A DNA stretch of 64,000 nucleotides from Bacteroidota bacterium. GTDB lineage: Bacteria > Bacteroidota > Bacteroidia > NS11-12g > UBA9320. The translations under genes were made by a program, and so were the position numbers. The DNA is taken from contig JAIBDD010000009.1 of assembly GCA_024679565.1 (NCBI GenBank), positions 1,109 through 65,108 of the forward strand, in the 5' to 3' direction. Below the pieces are notes generated by a model. It did no database searches. It worked only from the letters and a program-made list of their open reading frames with translations, and was not told the origin of the DNA. This document shows, one piece after another, positions 29,753-40,782 of this stretch (position 1 is its first letter; the number at the start of each line of letters is the position of its first letter).

Positions 29753-32353
29753 TTAACTATTCTTAAAGACAAATTTTTTGTTTGTATCGATGTCTAACTC
29801 AATCGTATCAGAACTAGAAACCGTTCCTGAAAGAATCTCTCTCGAAAGAATATTTAACACCTCTCGCTGTATCGCTCTTTTCAATGGTCGAGCACCGAAA
29901 CTTGGATCATAACCAATTTCACCCAACCAATCTAAGGCTGCCTGAGAAGCTTTTATCACAATGCCTTGCTCTGCCAGCATCTTGCGTAACGACTCAAACT
30001 GTATGTCTACGATTCCACGGATTTCGTCGCGCCCTAGAGGTTTAAACATGATTAGCTCGTCAATACGGTTCAAAAACTCTGGCCTTATCGTAGATTTCAA
30101 CAAATCAAATACCTCTCGTTTTGTATTGGCTTCAATTTCTTCTTGATTGTCTGACGTTAGTTCGTTAAACCTTTCCTGTATCAAATGAGCACCAATGTTC
30201 GAAGTCATGATGATAATGGTATTTCTAAAGTTGGCCGTTCTTCCTTTATTGTCAGTTAATCGACCATCATCTAATACTTGCAGCAAAATATTGAATACAT
30301 CTGGATGGGCTTTTTCTATTTCATCCAATAAGATAACCGAATAGGGCTTTCTTCTAACAGATTCAGTTAGCTGACCGCCTTCATCGTATCCAACATATCC
30401 TGGAGGCGCACCAATCAATCGTGAAACCGTATGCTTCTCCTGATACTCACTCATGTCTATGCGCACCATTGAGTCATCCTTATTAAACAGATAAGAGGCT
30501 AATGCTTTAGCTAGCTCTGTTTTGCCAACACCCGTGGTACCTAAGAAAATAAAGCTACCAATCGGTTTTTTAGGATCGGACAGCCCTGCTCTGCTTCTTC
30601 TAATGGCGTCTGAAATTGCGTTTATCGCTTCGTCTTGACCAACAACACGTTTATGCAGTTCATCCTCCAAGTTCAGCAGTTTCTCTCGTTCGCTTTGCAG
30701 CATGCTTTGAACAGGAATACCGGTCCATCGACTCACCACTTCCGCGATGTCTTCATTACTCACTTCTTCCTTCACCAAACTTGAATCCGTTTGTTTTTCA
30801 GACAACTCGCTTTTCAAGTTATTTAACTCGTCTTCTACTTCTTTGATTTTACCATATCGGATTTCTGCAACCTTACCGAAATCACCCGCTCGCTCTGCCT
30901 GTTCGGCCTCCAATCTCAGTTCTTCAATGTGTTTCTTGCTGTTTTGAATGCCATCAACAATAACCTTTTCACTTTGCCATTTGGCTTTTAGGCTGTCGCG
31001 CTCTTCACTTAAGTTGGCAATTTCTTCATTTAATGACGCCAATTTCTTTTTGTCATTTTCTCGCTTAATGGCCTCCCTTTCAATTTCAAGCTGACGAATT
31101 CTTCGGTCAAGTTCATCCAGTTCTTCTGGCACTGAATCAATTTCTAGACGCAGCTTGGCAGCGGCCTCATCAATCAAGTCAATCGCTTTGTCTGGAAGAA
31201 ATCTATCAGAGATATAACGTTGCGATAACTCAACGGCCGATATAATGGCTTCGTCTTTGATACGAACCTTATGATGTACTTCATATCGCTCCTTTAATCC
31301 ACGAAGGATTGAAATGGCATCTGCCGTATCCGGTTCATCTACCAAAATACTTTGGAAACGACGTTCAAGGGCCTTATCCTTTTCGATATACTTTTGATAT
31401 TCTGCAAGCGTAGTCGCACCAATGGCACGAAGCTCTCCGCGTGCCAATGCTGGCTTCAAAATGTTCGCCGCGTCCATAGCGCCTTCCCCACTGCCTCCAG
31501 CACCAACAAGGGTATGAATCTCATCTATAAAAAGTACCAGCTCTCCATTGCTATCCACCACTTCTTTAATTACCGCCTTAAGCCGCTCTTCGAATTCACC
31601 TTTGTATTTAGCTCCTGCAACAAGGCTTCCCATGTCTAACGAAAAAATACGTTTACTTCTTAAGTTTTCAGGCACGTCTTCTGAAATGATTCGGTGCGCC
31701 AAACCTTCTGCAATTGCCGTTTTACCAACACCAGGCTCCCCAATCAGAATCGGGTTGTTTTTTGTTCGACGCGACAGTATTTGCAGCAATCGACGAATCT
31801 CGTCATCACGACCAATTACCGGATCGAGTTTGCCATTTTTAGCAAGTTCGTTTAGGTCTTTCGCATATTTTTTTAGCGCGTTAAACTGGTTTTCTGCACT
31901 TTGACTGGTCACTTTATTCCCCCCTCTTAGTTCTGTAAATGCCTTTTTAATTTCAGACAATTTAATACCTGCGTCTTTTAGCAAATTCCCTATCTGATCT
32001 TTACCATCAATCAAAGCCATAAAAACGTGCTCTATGCTCACAAACTCGTCGTCGAGTTCCTTCATAAATTTTTTAGCCTTTATCAACGCTCGGTCTGCGT
32101 CGTTGCTAATGTAGTTTTTTGTTACCCCAGACACCTTAGAATAAGAACTTAACACCGCGTCAAGTGCTTGGCCCACTCTATCCAAGTTGACGTTCACTTT
32201 TTTAATTGCAAACGAAACGATGTCTTCGTCAACGAGTAAAATTCCCTTTAACAAGTGCCCTGTTTCAATGGCTTGATTTTCGGCACTTACGGCAAGTTCT
32301 TGCGCTTTTTGAACCGCCTCTTGTGCTTTTATGGTGAAATTATTTAAATCCAT
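29753..32353 (-). CDS. clpB: ATP-dependent chaperone ClpB
   Basis: 866 aa. Two AAA+ modules ([17 protein letters not shown]) and a long coiled-coil M-domain. Confidence 0.95.
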   Translation of the reverse strand: MDLNNFTIKAQEAVQKAQELAVSAENQAIETGHLLKGILLVDEDIVSFAIKKVNVNLDRVGQALDAVLSSYSKVSGVTKNYISNDADRALIKAKKFMKELDDEFVSIEHVFMALIDGKDQIGNLLKDAGIKLSEIKKAFTELRGGNKVTSQSAENQFNALKKYAKDLNELAKNGKLDPVIGRDDEIRRLLQILSRRTKNNPILIGEPGVGKTAIAEGLAHRIISEDVPENLRSKRIFSLDMGSLVAGAKYKGEFEERLKAVIKEVVDSNGELVLFIDEIHTLVGAGGSGEGAMDAANILKPALARGELRAIGATTLAEYQKYIEKDKALERRFQSILVDEPDTADAISILRGLKERYEVHHKVRIKDEAIISAVELSQRYISDRFLPDKAIDLIDEAAAKLRLEIDSVPEELDELDRRIRQLEIEREAIKRENDKKKLASLNEEIANLSEERDSLKAKWQSEKVIVDGIQNSKKHIEELRLEAEQAERAGDFGKVAEIRYGKIKEVEDELNNLKSELSEKQTDSSLVKEEVSNEDIAEVVSRWTGIPVQSMLQSEREKLLNLEDELHKRVVGQDEAINAISDAIRRSRAGLSDPKKPIGSFIFLGTTGVGKTELAKALASYLFNKDDSMVRIDMSEYQEKHTVSRLIGAPPGYVGYDEGGQLTESVRRKPYSVILLDEIEKAHPDVFNILLQVLDDGRLTDNKGRTANFRNTIIIMTSNIGAHLIQERFNELTSDNQEEIEANTKREVFDLLKSTIRPEFLNRIDELIMFKPLGRDEIRGIVDIQFESLRKMLAEQGIVIKASQAALDWLGEIGYDPSFGARPLKRAIQREVLNILSREILSGTVSSSDTIELDIDTNKKFVFKNS

Positions 32354-32575
32354 GTTTGTTCTGTTTGCTCCATCTACTTCAAAAAACGTGACGAAGGTTA
32401 TTTTCTGACAAAATTTCTGATTTCGTTAAAACATTTTCCCAAGCTGCTGACACTTTATCACCTTAACCACTTGATATTGAAATATTTACAGACATATTGA
32501 CACGTAATGTAATGCCTATAGGGTGTATCGTGCAATAAAAACCCAATTCATTAAGTTTGAAATATAACCAGTACC

Positions 32576-33583
32576 GTGAAAATACACATCCCACAGCCAT
32601 GTAAGGAGAATTGGAACGAGATGACTCCGCAAGAGCAAGGGCGCCACTGTGCAAAATGCGACAAGGTTGTTCAGGACTTTTCACAGATGCGAGATGACCA
32701 GATCATAAACAAAGTTCAATCCGGTGAATCAACTTGTGGTCGGTTTTACAATTGGCAACTGCAAAAAGACATTCAGCTCCCCGCATTAGAAAACCCGTGG
32801 ACAAGCTGGATGAAGAAACTCGCTGTTGGCGGATTCTTATTTGGCTCTGCAGTTCAATCAAGGGGACAAGACACGCTAGATGTGAACACGTCGTTAAAGC
32901 AGGTATTGGTTGAACCAACCGACTCAACAAACACTGATTCAGCAAGAACAATCTCTGGATTTATTCATCAGCCAGATGATACAACGATGGTTGCAAAGCG
33001 TTTACAGTTTGTAGTTGATGATTTCAACATGGTAATTGAGTTGGACTCACATGCCTTTACACTTGACCTTCCAATTGAAGTAAAAGGAGATTCACTTCGA
33101 ACAACGTTATTTACAGAAACCGATACAATCGAATTAGATTCCATCAAAATCATCCTGTCGGATTATTTATCGGTGCACTACGACTCAGTTTGGAAAATTG
33201 AAACCATTTCCATGGAGGTGTTCGAAACTCCGCAAAGAAACGATACGTTCTTTGTGGTTAGTGAAGAAATTACAACGTGGACTTATGGTGATTTTATTAC
33301 AACCACAGGCGTTATTGCCATTCCGGAGCACCCTTATGTAGAGCCATTAGCTCCTTTAATAAATCCGACTGTCCAAACGATTGACATCGCTAACCGGTCT
33401 GGAATAGATGGCAATAAGTCAATAGATCAACCTAAGATTCATATTACTAGCAAGGCCTCCAAAGACCTAATCGTCTACAACAAACGAACGTCATCCGTTT
33501 GGTGGTGGTTATTACCAATTCCGGTATTGTTGTTTTTTGCAGGTTACTATTGGAAGCGAAAACAGATTGGAGCAACCGCTTGA
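32576..33583 (+). CDS. Membrane protein with N-terminal Cys4 zinc-ribbon and a large extracytoplasmic domain
   Basis: CKENW...CAKCDK pair of CxxC motifs, TM at ~80, second TM at the C-terminus (WWWLLPIPVLLFFAGYYW). GTG start. Confidence 0.45.
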   Translation: MKIHIPQPCKENWNEMTPQEQGRHCAKCDKVVQDFSQMRDDQIINKVQSGESTCGRFYNWQLQKDIQLPALENPWTSWMKKLAVGGFLFGSAVQSRGQDTLDVNTSLKQVLVEPTDSTNTDSARTISGFIHQPDDTTMVAKRLQFVVDDFNMVIELDSHAFTLDLPIEVKGDSLRTTLFTETDTIELDSIKIILSDYLSVHYDSVWKIETISMEVFETPQRNDTFFVVSEEITTWTYGDFITTTGVIAIPEHPYVEPLAPLINPTVQTIDIANRSGIDGNKSIDQPKIHITSKASKDLIVYNKRTSSVWWWLLPIPVLLFFAGYYWKRKQIGATA

Positions 33584-33774
33584 ACCGAATTTCAAGGTAC
33601 AATGTCTGGGTGTTTCTGTCTTGTTTCCGTAGTGGAATCTACTTCATCTTACTCAAGCTTCACCATTGTTTTTGCCTATAGTGATTCACAACATGTATCT
33701 TATGATATATGTTGCCAAAGAATTATGCGTATCTGGTTCAATTTCAAAGCAAAAGGACTTAATTTCGCCCAGAT

Positions 33775-34965
33775 ATGGAAGTATCCAAGCGACTACAATC
33801 AGTTTCAGAATCACAAACCCTTGTGATGACTAAGAAAGCGCGAGCGCTTGCTGCTACAGGCGTTAAGGTAATAAACCTAAGCATTGGCGAACCAGACTTT
33901 GACACACCTACCTTTATTAGCGATGCGGCAAAACAAGCGATTGATGATGGATGGACACATTATCCACCAGTGGCAGGTTATCCTGAACTACGTCAAGCCA
34001 TATCTAAGAAGTTTAAAGACCAAAACAACCTTGACTACGCACCAGAGCAAATCGTTGTAAGTGGAGGCGCAAAACACTCTATCACCAATGTTATCTTCTC
34101 ATTAATAAATGACGGTGACGAAGTAATCATTCCTGCACCCTACTGGGTGAGCTACCCAGAGATGGTTAAGCTCGCAGGTGGTGTTCCGGTAGTTATAAAT
34201 TCAGACATAGACACCGACTATACATTCGACTTAGACGACCTAAAACAAGCCATATCGGGCAAAACTAAGATTGTGCTTTTTAGTTCGCCATGTAACCCGA
34301 GTGGAACTGTATTCTCTGAATCATTTTTAAAAGAAGTTGCTGCCATTATCGACAGTCATCCAGACATTATTGTAATATCAGATGAAATTTACGAGCACAT
34401 TCAATACGGACAAAAACATACAAGTATTGGTTCGTTAGGTTACTTAAAAGACAGAGTGGTTACCGTAAACGGTTTAAGCAAAGGTTTTGCTATGACGGGT
34501 TGGCGTATAGGATTTCTTGGAGCTCCATTATGGATCGCAAAGGCCGTTGAAAAACTGCAAGGGCAATTCACCTCAGGCACCAATTCGGTTGCACAGCGTG
34601 CCGCTATTACTGCGTTAGAAGGTAGCTTAGACGACACCAAACGCATGCGTGAGACATTTGAAGCACGTAGGAAGGTGATTTGTGACTGCTTGTCGGAGAT
34701 TGACGGGATTAACCCTAACTTTCCGAAAGGCGCTTTCTATGTTTTTCCGGACGTTAGCGCATACTTTGGCAAGTCGTACAATGGAAAAACTATAAATTCT
34801 TCAACTGACTTATGTTTGTTTTTACTAGAAAACGCACATGTTTCTATCGTTGGTGGAGATGCTTTTGGCAATCCTAAATGTATACGGATAAGTTATGCCG
34901 CATCGGAAGCAGATTTGCTGGAAGCCATGGACAAAGTTAAAATTGCATTAGCCAAGTTGACCTAA
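33775..34965 (+). CDS. Pyridoxal-phosphate-dependent aminotransferase class I (aspartate/aromatic type)
   Basis: NPSGT and SKGFAMTGWRIG (PLP lysine) motifs. Confidence 0.85.
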   Translation: MEVSKRLQSVSESQTLVMTKKARALAATGVKVINLSIGEPDFDTPTFISDAAKQAIDDGWTHYPPVAGYPELRQAISKKFKDQNNLDYAPEQIVVSGGAKHSITNVIFSLINDGDEVIIPAPYWVSYPEMVKLAGGVPVVINSDIDTDYTFDLDDLKQAISGKTKIVLFSSPCNPSGTVFSESFLKEVAAIIDSHPDIIVISDEIYEHIQYGQKHTSIGSLGYLKDRVVTVNGLSKGFAMTGWRIGFLGAPLWIAKAVEKLQGQFTSGTNSVAQRAAITALEGSLDDTKRMRETFEARRKVICDCLSEIDGINPNFPKGAFYVFPDVSAYFGKSYNGKTINSSTDLCLFLLENAHVSIVGGDAFGNPKCIRISYAASEADLLEAMDKVKIALAKLT

Positions 34966-34969
34966 TTGG

Positions 34970-35953
34970 ATGGCACAGATTCAAGAAATATTTGAAGGCT
35001 TTAAACATCTGAATGTACTCATTCTAGGTGATGTAATGGTTGATGAGTACTACGTAGGAGAGGTAACAAGAATCAGCCCTGAAGCGCCAGTTCCGGTGGT
35101 TTCAGTTAAAAAAAGAGAACGCAGATTAGGAGGAGCGGCTAACGTTGCTTTGAATATTAAAGCACTGGGGGCAAATCCTATTCTTTGTGCAGTACGTGGT
35201 AACGACCCAGAAGGCGAATGGCTTTATAACCGGTTAAGTGAAGTTGCACTCGAAAACGAAGGTATTATCGTTGACCGAAAACGACCAACAACAATTAAGA
35301 CGCGGGTAATTGGTAACAACAAACAACTCTTGCGCGTTGACCAAGAAGATTGTACCGAAGTTGATAGCGATATTGAAAAACATGCGCTTGACTTTGTAAA
35401 GTCTATATTAACCGGAATAGACGTTGTGATTTTCCAAGATTACAACAAAGGCTTCTTAACTAAAAAACTCATCGGGAGCGTCATTAAACTTTGTAACAAA
35501 GAAGACATCCCAACGTTGGTAGATCCAAAAATTGAACACTTTTTTGACTACAAAGGAGTTACGTTGTTTAAACCAAATAAAAAAGAAATCATTGATGGTC
35601 TCCAGTTACAAAGTGAACTTTCTACCAAAACAGAAATAGAGTCGGCAATTCAATTGCTTGCCAAGAAACTAGACATAAAGCAGGTGCTTTTAACCTTGTC
35701 TGAAATGGGTGTCGCCATATTAGAAAACGAACAGGTAGTTTTTATCGACGCACATAAACGCAAGATTGCCGATGTTAGCGGCGCTGGTGACTCTGTGATT
35801 AGCGTAGCGGCTTTAGCTGTTGGCTCTAAAATGCCTTGGACTTCTGTAGCCGGATTAAGCAATTTGGCCGGAGGTTTGGTTTGCGAAAAAATAGGCGTAG
35901 TAGCCATAGACAAAACTAGACTGTTAGACGAAGCCTTGCGTATTGGTCTATAA
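34970..35953 (+). CDS. PfkB-family sugar kinase, RfaE domain-I-like (D-glycero-beta-D-manno-heptose-7-phosphate kinase type)
   Basis: VLILGDVMVDEY...ISPEAPVPVV...LGGAANVA N-terminus typical of HldE/RfaE kinase. C-terminal GAGD anion hole. No adenylyltransferase domain. Confidence 0.7.
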   Translation: MAQIQEIFEGFKHLNVLILGDVMVDEYYVGEVTRISPEAPVPVVSVKKRERRLGGAANVALNIKALGANPILCAVRGNDPEGEWLYNRLSEVALENEGIIVDRKRPTTIKTRVIGNNKQLLRVDQEDCTEVDSDIEKHALDFVKSILTGIDVVIFQDYNKGFLTKKLIGSVIKLCNKEDIPTLVDPKIEHFFDYKGVTLFKPNKKEIIDGLQLQSELSTKTEIESAIQLLAKKLDIKQVLLTLSEMGVAILENEQVVFIDAHKRKIADVSGAGDSVISVAALAVGSKMPWTSVAGLSNLAGGLVCEKIGVVAIDKTRLLDEALRIGL

Positions 35954-36790
35954 AGGGATATACTGAAAGTCTCTAATTATTATTTCGACATCTCTACCCG
36001 TTTCAGGACCTTGACCGCCGTCATTCACTAACCAAAGATTTATTCTTGCATTTGTTTCCGAACCTGGCTTAGGAATCACAATCGGTTCGGAGGTATTTCC
36101 TCCCTCTTGCTTGACGCGTGCGGGCTGAGTATCATCAAAGCTCCATTCGCCAAGCACTGTTCCTTGACCATAGGTATCGCCAGCATATGATATCCAAGTA
36201 ATCTCTTTCTCGGTCCATGTAAACGCGTGCGTAGAAACTCCTTTTAAGCTTCCAAATGGATATTCTGGACGGTGCTTCCGTTCTTCGTTTAACTGCCCGA
36301 AGAATATTGGTTGAACACCATATTGCAATGTTCTCTGTTCTGCTTTGTTATTCCATTTACTTACTTCAATATCCACCTCTGAGTTCCCGTCCGTTTGAAA
36401 CGTGTTGTTGTCCCAGGTAAACAAGCCCAGTACGATGTTGTCGGAGATATTTTCTAAATCCGCGTCAACCGTGAAGATATATGTACCAAAACCCATGTTT
36501 TTATCTGAAACTACCTCCGTGCTGAACCATTTATCGTTTCGTTTTACAATTTTCATATGTAAATACCCATTGTCATCAATGGTGATGTCTCTTTCATTTC
36601 CAGAGAAATAATTTGGCCCCGGTCCCCATTTACCTGTCTCGTGAATTTTTACAGTCCAGTCATGACCAGCGAAGTGGATACTGTCTCCTACCCTCCCAAA
36701 TGTTTCGGTATTGACCGATGGATCTGGAGGAGCAGATTGTTGACATGCCACCAATGAAGTGCTGACAACCAATAGGCCGAATAGTTTCAT
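35948..36790 (-). CDS. Small GH16-like (concanavalin-fold) lipoprotein
   Basis: Lipobox LVACQQ (start moved to MKLFGLL at 36790). EVDIEV resembles the GH16 ExDxE catalytic motif. Confidence 0.5.
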   Translation of the reverse strand: MKLFGLLVVSTSLVACQQSAPPDPSVNTETFGRVGDSIHFAGHDWTVKIHETGKWGPGPNYFSGNERDITIDDNGYLHMKIVKRNDKWFSTEVVSDKNMGFGTYIFTVDADLENISDNIVLGLFTWDNNTFQTDGNSEVDIEVSKWNNKAEQRTLQYGVQPIFFGQLNEERKHRPEYPFGSLKGVSTHAFTWTEKEITWISYAGDTYGQGTVLGEWSFDDTQPARVKQEGGNTSEPIVIPKPGSETNARINLWLVNDGGQGPETGRDVEIIIRDFQYIPL

Positions 36791-36797
36791 TTTAATC

Positions 36798-38027
36798 TTA
36801 TTCACTTTTCTGTTCTTCATATGTTATGTTGCCCCACAATGATGGATTTTTATGAAATCCTTCGATGCCACTGCTATTCCATTTAAGCTGTTTTGTTCTG
36901 TTCTTGCCATTGCCGTCGTTAATGGCCACTTCTAAATGGTAGTTAATGTCAGATTTTAGGTTTCCTCGATTGAAATGCGCATAAGGTATTTTAGCCTCAA
37001 ACTGATAACCCGAATTGGTCTTTTTATAGGCAATGTTACTGTTTGCAATTATTTTATGTGCTTGCCAGTCCCACACCACAGGGTTTTCACCAAGTTTGAT
37101 ACAAACGTGCTGATCGGTCAATAGCAATTGCTTTCTTTTGGGATTTGCATCCTCATTCGTACTAAAGGCAAGTTCTACTCCGTCACCATTCCATACGTCA
37201 TCACCTGACTTATCGTTCAATATAGGGCTTGCATCTTGTATCACTCCACTTACAAATAAGTATTCTGAATTCCCAACGATTGAGATTTTATTACCTTCAA
37301 TTTCAATTGAGTTGCTCCAACTTACTTCGTCGAGTTCGCCGTCAATCACAAATCCAGGATCGTTATCAAAACGTGATGCGTAATGCTTGTTTAAAGTTCC
37401 GGTAAACGGTACTACACGTATTTCATCAAAATATACATCGCCTGCGGCTTCAAACTGAATAATCATTTGTTTGATGTTGGTCTCATCTGCACCAAATTGT
37501 TCCCAACCAAAATCACCAATTGGAAGTGTAACCGTTGCCCAGCTTTCACCTTCGTTATATGCAATGTATTTAGACGCAAAACCAATCCAGGCTTGTTTTC
37601 CGCCATAATCTTCCATGGCCGCAGCCAATGGCAACGACACAATCTTACCATCTTTACTAAAGGCTTTAAACTGAATAGCGGCCTTGTTCATAATCATGCT
37701 AAGGTCTTTTGGAGCCCAGCCATCCCATCCTATTCCCATGCCTATCCAGTCGCAACCACCTTCAATTTTATCCCACTTTAGGTGTACGGCGCTGTTACCC
37801 GCATACAAAGTTTCTGCGCTATTGGCTACCTGAATGCATTTTACATCAGGCGTAAACCAGACTTCAGAATTAAGTTTGTCTTTCAGTACATTTAGGGCAT
37901 AAAAGTTTTCAATATGTGGTGGTTCAGGTTTACTCGAAGCCTCGTCAAAAAGTGCCTTAGGTTTCACCGAAACACATGCAGTCATCAAAACCAGCACTGC
38001 TGAACATACAATAATTTTATTCCACAT
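36798..38027 (-). CDS. Lipoprotein with CBM9-like/DOMON-like carbohydrate-binding C-terminal domain
   Basis: Lipobox LMTAC. C-terminal block with GDGVELAF...EVAINDGNGKNRTKQLKWN typical of family-9-like CBMs. Confidence 0.5.
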   Translation of the reverse strand: MWNKIIVCSAVLVLMTACVSVKPKALFDEASSKPEPPHIENFYALNVLKDKLNSEVWFTPDVKCIQVANSAETLYAGNSAVHLKWDKIEGGCDWIGMGIGWDGWAPKDLSMIMNKAAIQFKAFSKDGKIVSLPLAAAMEDYGGKQAWIGFASKYIAYNEGESWATVTLPIGDFGWEQFGADETNIKQMIIQFEAAGDVYFDEIRVVPFTGTLNKHYASRFDNDPGFVIDGELDEVSWSNSIEIEGNKISIVGNSEYLFVSGVIQDASPILNDKSGDDVWNGDGVELAFSTNEDANPKRKQLLLTDQHVCIKLGENPVVWDWQAHKIIANSNIAYKKTNSGYQFEAKIPYAHFNRGNLKSDINYHLEVAINDGNGKNRTKQLKWNSSGIEGFHKNPSLWGNITYEEQKSE

Positions 38028-38029
38028 CT

Positions 38030-39058
38030 TTAGAGTTTTAAAGGTCCATCAGTCGTAAATATCATGTAATCCATTAGCGCTTGTGAGTAACCGCTTGACG
38101 GATTCGCCAAAAACAAACAAGAAATCATCTCAAGCTTGTCTGGGTTGTGAAGACCGTTCCCTTTTGGTGCAGTAGGTTGACCGTTTTCCAATGCTACCAT
38201 GTCAGAATATTTGATTGATACAATTTGCCATCCAGCATCTAGTCCTTTGAGCTCAACAGAGTACATATCTTCGTTCGCTTCATTGAAATTACCGTCGCCA
38301 TTCTCGTCTTCCTTAAATTGGAATAAAACCACACCGTTGGTAATTGTATCAGGCCTGTACAAGGCTACATTAAAGTAAGATTCATTTGGGTTACTGCTTA
38401 AGCCAAAACCATTCGGTCCTACAGATTTTGCTGGGAAATCTATAAGGCCTATCAACCAGTCCCAATTCACTGCACCCCCCATGTCAAAGTATCTACTGCC
38501 TTGAGGAACTGTTTTATCACTAGCTAGTTTAAAAGACATATTTGCGCCACTTTGAGCGAATATATTCCAGTCTGGATTGATGGCTTCAAAATCTGCCACT
38601 ACAGTACCATTAGGCACTCGTAAACCTGTGACATTTACATTTGCATTTTGTTTAGAACTATCGGCTTCAGTCCAAAGTTCAACAGTGCATGCTCCAGTGC
38701 CAAATGACGGAAAAATAGTTGTAGACCCATCCCATGTCCCATTCTCTTCGTTAATCAAATTCGATCTTCCTTCAATGATTTTAGTCGCATCAGACGTGCT
38801 ACTTTTTATGGTAATCGTCCATGAGGTAATTGTTGAAAACCGCGCTGAGAAGTATACGGTTTCGTTAGCCGAAAAATCGACATCGTCTTGACTCGTCTTA
38901 AAATCTTCAAGAACCGTAAAATCTCCATATAAGTCAGTCAAATTTGGCCCTTCAGGCTCTGTCACTCTTTCGCAACCTACTGTAAATACCATCGTACCAA
39001 TTACTACAAACGCAGCAAATCGATTCATAATAGATGTTTTATTTAATATCATTTTCAT
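38030..39058 (-). CDS. Surface lipoprotein (SusE/F-like position in the operon)
   Basis: Lipobox FTVGCE, beta-rich, no enzymatic motif. Confidence 0.4.
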   Translation of the reverse strand: MKMILNKTSIMNRFAAFVVIGTMVFTVGCERVTEPEGPNLTDLYGDFTVLEDFKTSQDDVDFSANETVYFSARFSTITSWTITIKSSTSDATKIIEGRSNLINEENGTWDGSTTIFPSFGTGACTVELWTEADSSKQNANVNVTGLRVPNGTVVADFEAINPDWNIFAQSGANMSFKLASDKTVPQGSRYFDMGGAVNWDWLIGLIDFPAKSVGPNGFGLSSNPNESYFNVALYRPDTITNGVVLFQFKEDENGDGNFNEANEDMYSVELKGLDAGWQIVSIKYSDMVALENGQPTAPKGNGLHNPDKLEMISCLFLANPSSGYSQALMDYMIFTTDGPLKL

Positions 39059-39069
39059 TTCTATTCAAT

Positions 39070-40782
39070 TTAAAAGTACATACTATAAACGATGCCAAAT
39101 TGACTTAAGTCAAACGCAGGTGTTTCTGAATTTGCAGCATCTTCATAGTTTAATTTCTGCCAAACTATATTCAAGTGATTCTTCTCGTCAAACGTATAGC
39201 GGAGTGCAACCGACATAATAGACTGATTCATTTCAGTATTAAACCGCTCAAAGTCTACAATTTCGCTATAGTCGTTTCTCGTGTTAAGGAACTCCAAGCC
39301 TTTGGCATTAATCATTCGATAGCTACCGATTATCGCGAAATCCTTCGACAAACCAACCTTCACACCCAAATCAACCATAGTAGAAGTAAAATCTACATCC
39401 GCTGTATCCAAGGCTATATCACGTTGTGTGTTTTGATTGGTTATACCCAAACTCACTTCTAATGGATGCTTAAAGGTTGGCATCAACGTATCTAATCTGA
39501 TAAGTGCCGAAAGGTCTATCACGTTAAATGTACGCAGTTCATCGGTTCCTTGGCCAACAACTTCAGACAACATTCGATAGGTTGCGTCAACGTTAATCAA
39601 CTCGTTATTTGTGCTGTGTATCGCATTAACGGAGAGTCCCTTTCTGTTTGGTGTAGCCTTACCATAAGGCTGAACATTATCGTACTGAGGAGCAAATCTT
39701 TGCAGCTCCATAGAAAGCGTTGGTTGGTATAAGGAAGCATCCTGCATCATGTCTAACTGGGTTACAGGGCGAACAACTTGGTCGTTGCCATAGCGGTTAA
39801 ACATTTGCGCTTGCGATTCAAAATTGATTCGCCTACTTTGTGCTCCAACACTTCTGAATTGAGGTCCCACATTAATATAATTCACAGACAGGCTAGGAAG
39901 TTTGTCTCCTCGCGTAATTTTCAAGTCAAGATCGTAGAAGTAATCGCGAAGACCCTTCGCATTTGGGTCGTTAAGTGTATACATCTCTGAAATACCACTT
40001 TCTGATGTAAAACTCAGATCGTATGCATTCACCTTTTGATGTATCTCTGTTGTTCCGGTAATTACAGGATTGTGAAAGGCCATCTCTGAACGCGAAGTTC
40101 CTAGTACATCCATCATGTCAACATAATTTAGGCCAACGGCAAGCTTGTCACTCTGCAGCAATGTTGCGTTACCTCCAAAGAAAATACGTTCGCTAGATTG
40201 CCCAAAATCCGTAGGTCTATTCCGAAACATAAATGAGTTCACTTGAAGTTCCTTTACCGCTTTAGAAAACTCTAAGGTAAAGTCAACCGCGGCACCTTGC
40301 TGGCGCCAAGTATTGTCGTCGGTATAGAATAAGTCGTAGTGTACCATATCACGGTAAATGTTAAGCACCTCTGATTGATGACTACTCAATTCTTCTTGGT
40401 TATTAAAAAAGGTGTATGGGCTTAATTTGTAATTGATATCCCCTAATTGATATCGCACTGCATCATTCACTAAGCCTTTCAAATACATTTGACGCATGTC
40501 GAAAGTGACACCCGAACCCCAAAATCCACCAAAATCATTTCGAACCCTAACCATGGCATGAACAAACGTGTTTGCATTCGGTCTTGCATTTAAGGCTACG
40601 TCAACCAAAGTATTCCCAGAGTTTAAGTTAGTCGGAGTAATGGTATCACCGGCTGAATTCAATTTATTTTGTTGGAATACGCTACGTGCGGCACCTGAAG
40701 CCCACACTTTCTTTCCTTGTCCTAGTGTAATTGTTGAGCAAAGCGTCAACGCGATTACGACTATATATTTCTTCTGAATCAT
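39070..40782 (-). CDS. Uncharacterised outer-membrane beta-barrel protein (570 aa)
   Basis: Signal peptide, amphipathic beta-strand periodicity, C-terminal ...GIVYSMYF with terminal Phe. Not SusC (no plug/TonB box) and not SusD. Confidence 0.5.
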   Translation of the reverse strand: MIQKKYIVVIALTLCSTITLGQGKKVWASGAARSVFQQNKLNSAGDTITPTNLNSGNTLVDVALNARPNANTFVHAMVRVRNDFGGFWGSGVTFDMRQMYLKGLVNDAVRYQLGDINYKLSPYTFFNNQEELSSHQSEVLNIYRDMVHYDLFYTDDNTWRQQGAAVDFTLEFSKAVKELQVNSFMFRNRPTDFGQSSERIFFGGNATLLQSDKLAVGLNYVDMMDVLGTSRSEMAFHNPVITGTTEIHQKVNAYDLSFTSESGISEMYTLNDPNAKGLRDYFYDLDLKITRGDKLPSLSVNYINVGPQFRSVGAQSRRINFESQAQMFNRYGNDQVVRPVTQLDMMQDASLYQPTLSMELQRFAPQYDNVQPYGKATPNRKGLSVNAIHSTNNELINVDATYRMLSEVVGQGTDELRTFNVIDLSALIRLDTLMPTFKHPLEVSLGITNQNTQRDIALDTADVDFTSTMVDLGVKVGLSKDFAIIGSYRMINAKGLEFLNTRNDYSEIVDFERFNTEMNQSIMSVALRYTFDEKNHLNIVWQKLNYEDAANSETPAFDLSQFGIVYSMYF

